DNA of 64,000 nt from a virus, in the IMG/VR virus record IMGVR_UViG_3300028840_003168, one strand, 5' to 3'. Positions within the stretch are counted from its first letter, which is position 1. Every line of letters starts with the position of its first letter. The notes beneath the pieces are model-generated. The model was not told where the DNA came from, ran no database searches, and worked only from the letters and a program-made list of their open reading frames with translations. This document shows positions 51,947 to 61,400 of this stretch, in pieces. Made by a program: the position numbers and the translations under genes.

Positions 51947-54900
51947 ATGAGTCTGCCCACGGACTTTAGATGGATACGGGTACAGAACCTTCAGCAGCAT
52001 AAGGGTGTTGTGGTTGAGGACAGCAAAGGTATCCCGCGGTTCTCTATGGGGCCTTTGCAGTACGAGACAAAGGATCTAAAAGATGTTCAGCTGAATACCG
52101 GCTGGATAGATGAAGCCTTAAAATTCCTGCGGCAGAACCTTATCAAGGTGTTTCTGGATGATGTGGAGCTGACGGACACTGCGTTGGCTGAACTTAAATA
52201 TATTGATACCGCAGGTTCAGTAACCGGGTATCTCAAGCGGTCTCCGAACGATTTTACCACCTTTCCATCGAAATCGAACTTGGCTGCCGATGATGTCTTC
52301 CTGATTGAGGACAGCGGTGACGGGTTCTCGAAGAAGCAGGTTAAGTTCAGTGACATCGGGCAGCAACCTCTTCGGGTGGACTTTGACCATACTGATGTTG
52401 TGGGTGGTAGCCTGAGCCTGGGTACGGTTATTTCCGGGCATCTTGTGCGGCTGACCGTTGTGGAGGTCTTATCTCCTTTTGATGGGAGTACCGACATCAC
52501 GGTAGGGGATAATGTGGCACAGGGAAGGTTCCAGGACGAGAGGGACAACAATCCCAGAAAGATTGATGTGTACCAGGCTTTCAATCATTACGAATATGCG
52601 GGGGACACAGAAATAAAACTTTTTTTCCCGGCTGGAGCACCTACAACGGGGTCTGGCCGAGCAATCGTCTATGTCGATTAGGAGGATCACATGGGAGTCT
52701 ATGAGAAGCTAAGAGGTATAACGGGTAATCTGTTCCAGTTCCTGAAGGGCGAGGGTTCGCAGATTAAGGATGATGCTGCTGGTGCGTTTGAGATCAGGGA
52801 CAAAGACGATGCTGATTTTGATGCACTGCGAGTGGCAGCTATCAGATCCACCAATACGATAAATGATGTCCCTGCATTGGTCGATCTTCAAGGTCGTATT
52901 GCGGACATCTATTTCTCGTTTGATGGCGCTAGTGCTCCTGCTCCTGGGACCAACACGAATGAGTTTGGGTTTTGCCATACGACAGGTGGATCGTACACGG
53001 CTGGTCAAGTGGTTTACGATGATGGTACTTCTTTGTTGCTGATGCCTGATGAGGTCGTGACTGGCCTTACGACGAGAAGTGCGATTAGCGGGACGATCTC
53101 GTTCAACGCTAATTGTCTCTATGTGCTTGAGGGTGGAAGTTGGATTCTGAAAGGTGTGGCTCCTGACCTTGGTGTGGAGCACATCATTGAGATTCCTTTT
53201 GACTACACGGACACAACCGTTGATTCCACTTCAGTTGTTCCAGATGGTGCAAAGGTAACGAGGGTTGCCGTGGTTGTAACGACTGCTTTTAATGGGTCGA
53301 ATCCAACAGTTGGTGCCGTTGTCAATGGAGGTACTCCGCTTACGATTTGGCAGACCGGAGACTCGAACCTCAAGCTGACGAACCAGTATGAAGACAACGA
53401 AGTCAAGGAAGTTGGTGCAGCTAACGAGGGTGTTGTCAGATTGACTGTCACCCCTGCCGGTAGCACGGCTGGTGAGGGTTTCATGCTTGTTGAGTACGAC
53501 ATTACCAGTTCATAGGTGACGGATGGGTGTGAAGGATAAACTTCTCGGGACGACTCGCACTGATTTTCAGATTGGTCCAGAGGCTACTCACGGCGTCAGA
53601 CATGAGGGTGACGAGATCGCGCTCTATGACCCCGTTAGCGGTCCCGTAAAGCTATCTGAGATGGGTGGCGGTGCTGGAGGTGGCGTAGGTTGGAGACATA
53701 TAGCAAACAGTCAGACGAGAACTATCGCAAACAACTATACGCACACAGTAGACGAGATTGTTATAGAGGATGGCGGGGAGTTGTATCAAGAGGATGATGG
53801 GCATTACATTTTGGTTTAGGAGGCTAAATGCCCCTTATAAATAAAAGCGTTAAGAGCGCACACCCGACAAGACCAGCAGCGGGGACGTTTCACTTCTACG
53901 TGCTGTCAACAGATGGTCATCCGTATTTGCAGACAAACGGTGCTGAGTTTGACCTGACGACAGCGGCAGTGAACGAGCTGATCATTCTGGTTAAGAAGGC
54001 AACGGCAGGAACGATACCGGCTGGTTCTCCGGTTTATGCAAAAAGCTGGAACGCTATCGGTGGGTTTCTGGAAGTCGAGGCGGCTAAAGCAGATAGCCTT
54101 ACTACCATGCCAGCGATTGGTATTGCTGAGGAGGAGATTGGTACTGGCGATCTGAAGCCAGTGGTAATGGGTGGTCACGTTGGCGGTATCAATACGTCGT
54201 CGTGGGCTGTTGGAGATCCTCTGTATGTTAGCGAGGCTACGGCTGGAGCATTACGGAACACGGCACCACAGGGGCCGCATTATATTCAGAAGGTAGCCCA
54301 GGTTGCCAAGAGTGATGGTGTGGATGGGGTGGTATTGGTTTTCGGTGCGGGGCGTGTGAACGCTCTGCCGAATTTGGCAGAGGGTAAATACTGGAAAGGG
54401 GATTCAAACGGTGTTCCACAAGAGGTAACGGCTCCGGTTTACGGTGAGGATTACGATTATCAGGTTGTAGAAGCTAGAACTACTACGGACTTAGATACAT
54501 GGCCGCCACGAGTTACGATCTATATCCCGGCTGGAACCGGAAACAAGTACCAGTTGGATTTCACTTGTAGAATAGATGCCGCCAATAAACCCGGTGGTGC
54601 CAGGGTTTATAATGTAACTGACGCGACGACTTTAGATAGTGCTGTACTGAAACCAGCATCTTCGGATCAGAGAGTGACGTACGCCGGGTTCGTGGAGATT
54701 ACGGCAGGAGCTTCGCAGAAACAGATTGAACTTCAGTGGAGGTCAGAGGCCGGTGGCGACACCATAGGGATTGAACAAGCACGAATGAAGAGGATAAGGG
54801 TGAGTTAATGCCTGTTCTATACAAGAAGACCAAAAGCCCCATAGATCACGATACGCTTAGGCGGGAACTGCTGGCGTCTGCGATAGAGACAGGGTTGATT

Positions 54901-56036
54901 GGGATCACTATCAGGGCAACAGAAGAGGACAACGCAGAAGTGTGGTTTGCGGATACTTTACCCGCTGAAGAGGAGACAATCCTTGATGGAGTTTTAGCAT
55001 CCCATAGCGGAGATCCTTCTTCGATGTATCGTGTATGGTGTGCTGATTGCGGTGATTATGTTGAGGAGTTTTTTGTCGGGTTTCCTTCGGCTTGCCCTAC
55101 CTGTTCTGGTGAGAACATAGAAGACGTAACGGATAAGCAGTTTGCGATTCAGGGGAAGCCGGTTTCAGATGATATGCCAAGTGGGTTCCATACATTCAGG
55201 CTTTCGGATAGAGGTGGAAATAAGTGGACTTTGCATCGTGGATATGTTCAGTTTCCGAGCAAGCTAGACAAGGTTCCAGGCTCGATAAATATCACTAATG
55301 CGATTTTCGACGGTACGGCCAGCCTTACAATTGAGTCGATAAGTAGACATGGTTTTAAGTTTGTAGTCGGCGCAGTCGGCAAGGCTGGAAATTGGGGTTT
55401 TACGTCCGTTGAATTTGATTGGGAGGCAGTGGAATGAGTTTGCAAAATAGTCCTGTGGCAAGAGGGATTTCAAGCGACGGTATTGCGTTTGATACGCTGA
55501 CATCTCATAGCTGGAAAGATCCAACTGCTTGGCCCGCAGTGGACAACAGCGAATGGATTGTTGAACCTGATGCCGGTCAGGTGATTGTGCTTCTTGGTGT
55601 TCTTATCAAGTTCACACATGGCATGGACATACCAGCAGATAGCAAGATGACTCTTGAAGGGATTTTCGATGACGGTGTGGACCCGTATCTAATCACTGAG
55701 TACGACAGTGTAGAGGCACTTTATCGGCGTGGAGATCAGGAGTCGTTTTTGAATTTGAACGATCCGGGTGGAGGGCCGTTCAGAAAACCGATTGTCGAAT
55801 TAAAGTACGAATTCTCTCAGCACATTTTTTTATGGTCTTCGGCTGGATTGACAGGAGATCCGCCACCGAATCATTTGTATGTAGACAAGTTGGGTATTCC
55901 GAAGTTCAAGAAGCTCAGGGTGAAAATCGCAGATAATGTTCCGTACAAATACTACAGCGACGGTGAGGGTGACAGCACATTAGAGATTGCGTGTTCGCGG
56001 TATTTTGCGGCGATATATGCAGATCCTGGAAATTGA
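51947..56036 (+). other. six putative virion/tail CDSs (51947-52681, 52691-53515, 53523-53819, 53828-54808, 54808-55437, 55434-56036)
   Basis: Beta-rich G/T/D/V composition and coupled operon downstream of terL. The first two share a similar C-terminal domain (FD.TD...V...F.G...G.G). Confidence 0.65.
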
Positions 56037-56572
56037 TGAGTGAGCGTGTTCTCATAGTGCCGATTGCAACCAACGACTGGTGGGCTCCAGTTGTGCGTTG
56101 GTTCCTGTGTTCTAAGTACAACCATATTTTCGTTCTCTTTGAGGATTCCACTCTTGGTGGGTGGTGGGCCAGGGAAGCTTTGTTCAATGGTGTTCAGATT
56201 ATTTCTTCAGAGAGGTCTTCGTTGAGCCGAGTCAAACACGCAGAGTTTTACGAGTACAAAGATTCTCTGGTGCCAGGATTGCAAGAATCGAGGAAGTCAG
56301 TGGGAGTGGGGTACGACCGTTGCGGGTTGGTTATAAATATATTTAGGATGTTTCTGTACAAAGTGTTCAAGATTAAATGGTTAAGGCCGGTACATGATCC
56401 TGAGAAGCATACATGTCCCGAGGACATCATGCAGATTTTCGAGGCTGTTTTTGTTCCAGGTATTGATGATCTCAGACCCTCCATGGTGATGCCTGGGGAG
56501 TTGCGAGATTTCATGTTGTTCAGTGAGGATTTTCATACGGTGGAAAATCCAACGACGTTCGGGGGAAGTTAA
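56036..56572 (+). CDS. permuted papain-like NlpC/P60 (YiiX-like) protein
   Basis: N-terminal YNH, central G.GYD, C-terminal TCPE and final P..L motif. Confidence 0.6.
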   Translation: MSERVLIVPIATNDWWAPVVRWFLCSKYNHIFVLFEDSTLGGWWAREALFNGVQIISSERSSLSRVKHAEFYEYKDSLVPGLQESRKSVGVGYDRCGLVINIFRMFLYKVFKIKWLRPVHDPEKHTCPEDIMQIFEAVFVPGIDDLRPSMVMPGELRDFMLFSEDFHTVENPTTFGGS

Positions 56573-56584
56573 GGGGAGTTATGG

Positions 56585-57121
56585 ATGTCTCCTACAAAAA
56601 CGAAGAGTATTTCGTCACCTCCTGGAGAGGTGGAACGGCTGAGAAAAAAGCTCAAGGAGAAGGAAGATCAGGAATGGGAGGGAAGGTTTGCCAGATTGGA
56701 GGAGCGTGTGGACGAATCAATGGATATCTCAAAGAGTGCCATGAAACAAGCCACAGAACATAGGTGTAGTCGGCCACACGATTTCACGCTCATAGACAAG
56801 AGCTTTGCTGAGGGACGCGAGGAGTTCAAGTCTATCAGGGCAAAAATCGAATCCATGTCCAGTAGAAGCTTCTGGTCCATCGTCGGCGGTATCTCAGCTA
56901 TTGTCATCGCAGGTCTGATCGCCATGTACAACTACGGCAGGAACGAGTCCAAGTGGGAACAGACCACTGATCGGGTTCAGAAGGTAGAGGTTTCTGCGGC
57001 GAAAATAGATAAGAATGTGAATGGGCTCACGACTTCATTCAGGTTGATGGAGCAGAAGCTGGAGGAAACCCCGAAGAAGGTTGAAGAGGCTGTTCGCAAC
57101 GGTATGAAAAAGAATTACTAA
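56585..57121 (+). CDS. single-pass membrane coiled-coil protein (holin/lysis-associated candidate)
   Basis: One transmembrane segment (FWSIVGGISAIVIAGLIAMY) flanked by coiled coils. Confidence 0.5.
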   Translation: MSPTKTKSISSPPGEVERLRKKLKEKEDQEWEGRFARLEERVDESMDISKSAMKQATEHRCSRPHDFTLIDKSFAEGREEFKSIRAKIESMSSRSFWSIVGGISAIVIAGLIAMYNYGRNESKWEQTTDRVQKVEVSAAKIDKNVNGLTTSFRLMEQKLEETPKKVEEAVRNGMKKNY

Positions 57122-57197
57122 TTCTCTGTTTTTCCTCCTTCCGTTTTAAAATTCCTACAAGATCTACTTTAGAATGTACCATTGAGGAGGTACCATT

Positions 57198-58463
57198 TTG
57201 CCTATAGTACTTCAGGATGCGATAGAACGGGCCGAGCTGATGGCTGGTAAATCTGGGGATCTGAAGCAGGAATCCTACAATCTGCTTTCCAGTCAGCTCG
57301 ACACGGCTGATGTCTACCCGTTTACGGTTGCCTTGGTTGAGCGCAACATCAATGTACGAACTGGGTCTGGCCGCAGGGCCGATATAGCTGTCATGGAAGA
57401 CCTGGTGTACGATGAGGCGCTTCAGGAGCCCGAGGAGGCCCTTGGAGTGGACATCGTGGAAAGGCTGGCCCGAGCAGCCCAGACCATGCGCCAGCGGGAA
57501 CCTGGTGGCTTGTGGGTGCCTGAGCAGTACACTATGGAGGACGCGGAGCTTCCCATCTACCCAGGCATCCCCGAAGAGGAAGCTTATGAGGAGCTTACCG
57601 AGGAGGATATCGAGTGGATGGGTTCTCCCGAGGAATATGAGGTTCTCGAAGAGGTGGAGGCTCTCCAGGACGAGCTTGAGTTCCTCGGTATCTCATTGAG
57701 TCCTGATGGCCAGGTATCGTTCTACCAGTCCAATCTTCCTGGGGTGTACACCGAGCAGATACCTCTGAGGCCGATGCCTCTTGAGAAGGCATTCAAGTAC
57801 TACGAGCAGTCTTTGGGTGGTGTGGACAGGGAGCAGACCCGCGTGAACCAGCTTCAGGACCTCCTGGCCAGGTTGACTCGGGCCACGGGTGAGGTGGAGT
57901 TCGCGCTGGATGACCTGGACTCGTTCAAGTACTCAGCGGATAGCAGGTCACCCGAGATCCAGGAGATCGCCTACGGCATCGAGGAGGTCAAGGACAGCAT
58001 TGCCAGCGGTGACTGGAACATTGCTGGGCAGTCCATTGACAACCTGAAGGGTATCCTTGAGGGGTATTCAGGTGGGCAGTACGGCAAGTACGAGCAGTCT
58101 TTGGCTACCTTGGAGGCCCTGGACAAGCTCATGGACATCCAGGAGTTCGAGCCTGAGAAATTTCAGCAGATTTCAGAGGGCCTTGGCGCCATTCCCAGGG
58201 CCGCGTACAGGAGGCATGCCATGGCTTTTGAGGATGTGGTTTTCTTCCCTGTGGAGAGTTCCAACGTTGAGGAGTTCGGCTACGACGAGGAGAACAGGAA
58301 CCTGTACGTTCGGTTCCTGGCCAAGGGGGTTTCCCCTAGTTCGTTGTATGTCTACTATGACGTTGAGCCAGAGGTCTATGACCAGTTCTTTGAGGCCCCG
58401 TCCAAGGGAAAGTTCATTTGGTCCCATCTGAGGGGCAGGTACAATTACGAGAGGCTTGAGTAA
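57198..58463 (+). CDS. acidic protein with C-terminal KTSC domain
   Basis: PVESSNVEEFGYD...LYVRF...YVYYDV...FFEAPSKGKF...LRGRY. Confidence 0.8.
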   Translation: MPIVLQDAIERAELMAGKSGDLKQESYNLLSSQLDTADVYPFTVALVERNINVRTGSGRRADIAVMEDLVYDEALQEPEEALGVDIVERLARAAQTMRQREPGGLWVPEQYTMEDAELPIYPGIPEEEAYEELTEEDIEWMGSPEEYEVLEEVEALQDELEFLGISLSPDGQVSFYQSNLPGVYTEQIPLRPMPLEKAFKYYEQSLGGVDREQTRVNQLQDLLARLTRATGEVEFALDDLDSFKYSADSRSPEIQEIAYGIEEVKDSIASGDWNIAGQSIDNLKGILEGYSGGQYGKYEQSLATLEALDKLMDIQEFEPEKFQQISEGLGAIPRAAYRRHAMAFEDVVFFPVESSNVEEFGYDEENRNLYVRFLAKGVSPSSLYVYYDVEPEVYDQFFEAPSKGKFIWSHLRGRYNYERLE

Positions 58464-61400
58464 TGACCACAGTATACCCTGCCAGTAACTACCCGACCGC
58501 GCTGGACAGCTTCCTGCCGCGGCTCATTGACAATACTGATGAGGTCATAGTAAACCACCAGAACACTGGTTTCGAGGCCATAGAAAACATCCAGGCCAAG
58601 CTCGGCATCGACGGAGATCCTATTGTCGGTCTTGGTGGCGTGTCTTTCGACCCAGCAGGTAAAGCGGCGAATCCTGGTGCGCCAGGGTCACCTACTTTAT
58701 GGGTGGACAATTCTGGGGGTCCTGGGTTTCCTCTCAAGTACACTGATGACACAGGGGCTGTCCTTACTGTTGGGGAGAGCAACTGGGACAGGTCTGGTAC
58801 CAAGGTTTTCCCTGCTACGGCTGGAGACTATGCCGAGATAACGATTCCAGATACGACCAACACAGAAGCTTTGAAGCTCATCCAGCAGGACGTGACCAAC
58901 AACCCTGCTGTTCTGATAATCGATAATGCAGGAACAGGACCATCGGTCAGTTTGGAAGGATCTGGTTCCAGGTCGGTGAACTCCGACAGTGCGGATTTGG
59001 AGATAACCACCACGACCAGCGGGGATGTGAAGGTGAATTCCGCAGGCGTGGTGACCTTTGAAGATCAGTACAAGGGAGGTTCTACTTATACAGGTGATTT
59101 CAGAGTCTCGGCCAGCTCTGCTGAGTGGGATACCTTTGAATCCAATATGAGTGGAGAAGTTTCTATACTGGGTGGCATGAACACCCTGTACACTTTGATT
59201 TCCACCGAGGACATATGGGATAGGACTGGAACGGTAATTGATCCTAAGAATACAGGTGACACAGTTCAGTTCAGTGCTGGAACAGTTTCATTGCCAGGTC
59301 TTGCCTTTGTAGGTGATCCTGATACCGGCATTTATCGTTCAGGCACAAACGAATTAGCTATTGCATCGGCTGGTCAACAGGTAGCGATGTTTGCCTCGGA
59401 GCAATTTTTACTTAACTCGGCTGAAGGAACGATCACCTTTGAAAATGATTCCAGTTTGACGGTGACGGCTGGCGACTGGGCTGTAGATGCAGTTGATATT
59501 GATATAACGGCGTCTGCTAATTTGGATTTGTCCGGTATTTCAAGTGTTGATATTGCATCATCTGGTGGTGGTGTAACTGTTATTGCCAGTGGGGATCGAT
59601 TGTTTCTATCTGGTACAAACATCCAGTTGACAGATAGCTACAGACCGTCTTCTACGTATTCGGTTCCTATTAAGTTGGCGAACGATACAGCCGAGTGGGA
59701 TGCTTTTGAGGCTGATTTTGGGGAAGTATCCTTATTTAATGCCCTTGACCAACTTTATGATGCGGTAGTTGCCGAAGACATTTGGCAGGTAAATTCAAAT
59801 GTCATTTCACCCCAGACAGCGGGTGATGGGCTTCTTGTTGACGCTTTGAATCAAAGTGTTTCACTGACAAGCAGTACGGATAATACTAGCCAAGCACTTG
59901 CTAGTATTAATGCCGTTTCTAAGAATGGTGCGGGAAGTGGACTAATTTTTGGAGTTCCACATGCTACCCTTTCTAGTTTAGTAGAAGTGGGTTCTACTGC
60001 TGATATAGGTTACACATGGGTTAAGGCTACAACTGAAGATGATGCAAAGGCCAGGGTAAATATTCGTGCTGAAGGTCATGCTGGAAATGCTGGTGAAATT
60101 GATGTCAATGTTGTGGCCGAGCATATTGATTATACGCAAACAGGTTCTCATGATGGTGGTGACGGTCAGGCGATTTTGACAGATACAGGTGCTTCCTGGG
60201 ATATAAACAGGTTTGTAGGGTATCCTGTTCGTAATCTGACTGATGGCAGTTCTGGAACGATCACGGCCAACACGGCTACAACTGTGACAGCTACTCTTAG
60301 TGGCGGGACTGATAATGACTGGGATAACGGGGATAATTATTCGATTGATTACGTGAGTCCGAACGATGCCTTAGTACAGATTCTTTCGACCACGGCAGGT
60401 ACGGGCCAAGCGACCATGACGATAGATGCCGATCATGGTGTTTCGTCTGGTAGTGAATGGGCAATCACAGCGGCAGACGCCAGCGACAATATCCCGCTTC
60501 ACATAATCCAGAACGATGTGACATCTTCGCCAAGGCCCAATGCGTTAAAGATTTCTGCGAACAATATTGCACCGACAGGGGTTTGGAGTACGACTACAGG
60601 GTATGCAATTGAGATAGATGATTCGGTTGGTTTTGCGGGAATAGCGACAGGAGATCAGACTTTTTATTTCGGTGGGTATGCTACAGCAACCGAACGCACT
60701 ATCGGGATGGGCATACAGGCCGAAGGTGTCGGTCATGCCAATGTCGATTTAGGTGCTATAGCACTAGATGGTTCTGAGGGAAATGCAGTTGCGAGACACA
60801 CCGCAAATGTAGCTGATCTTGGCACAGGCAATGCAGTTGTTTTGTTGCAGGCAGTGAATGACGCATCGACCGATCCAAGTCCAGCGGGAAAGAGTTTGGC
60901 TACCGCGCAGGTCAGGGCATATGGGGACGGTGAGTTTGCTGGCGTCGCTGAAGTACAGATCCTTTCAGAGCAGAGAGATGCAGGTGTAACTGAGGCGTCG
61001 AACATAAATATTCTGGCAAGTAATGCTGGTACGGATGGGGCGGCAACTGCGACAGTCGGGATTCAGGCAAAGACCGCGATTAATATTGGTACGGATACTT
61101 CAGGGGATTATGACGGTGATATTAATATTGGTACAGGTGCTTCAGGCTCAAGAGCAATCGCAATAGGGCATATCACCAAAGCGGCAAACTTGGGATTGTA
61201 TGCAGCATCAGTTTCTATGGGAACGCCCACCATTCAGTTGGTAATGGATGACGTAGGTGCTGGTTTAGATACTGCATTTGCTACCACAACATCCAGCTTT
61301 CCAGTTTGGGGAAGTTTTGCAGACCATGCACATGGAAATGCGCTTATATCATCACTGTCATTTACTGGTAGGGATAGTGCGAGTAATTTTGAAGGCTACG

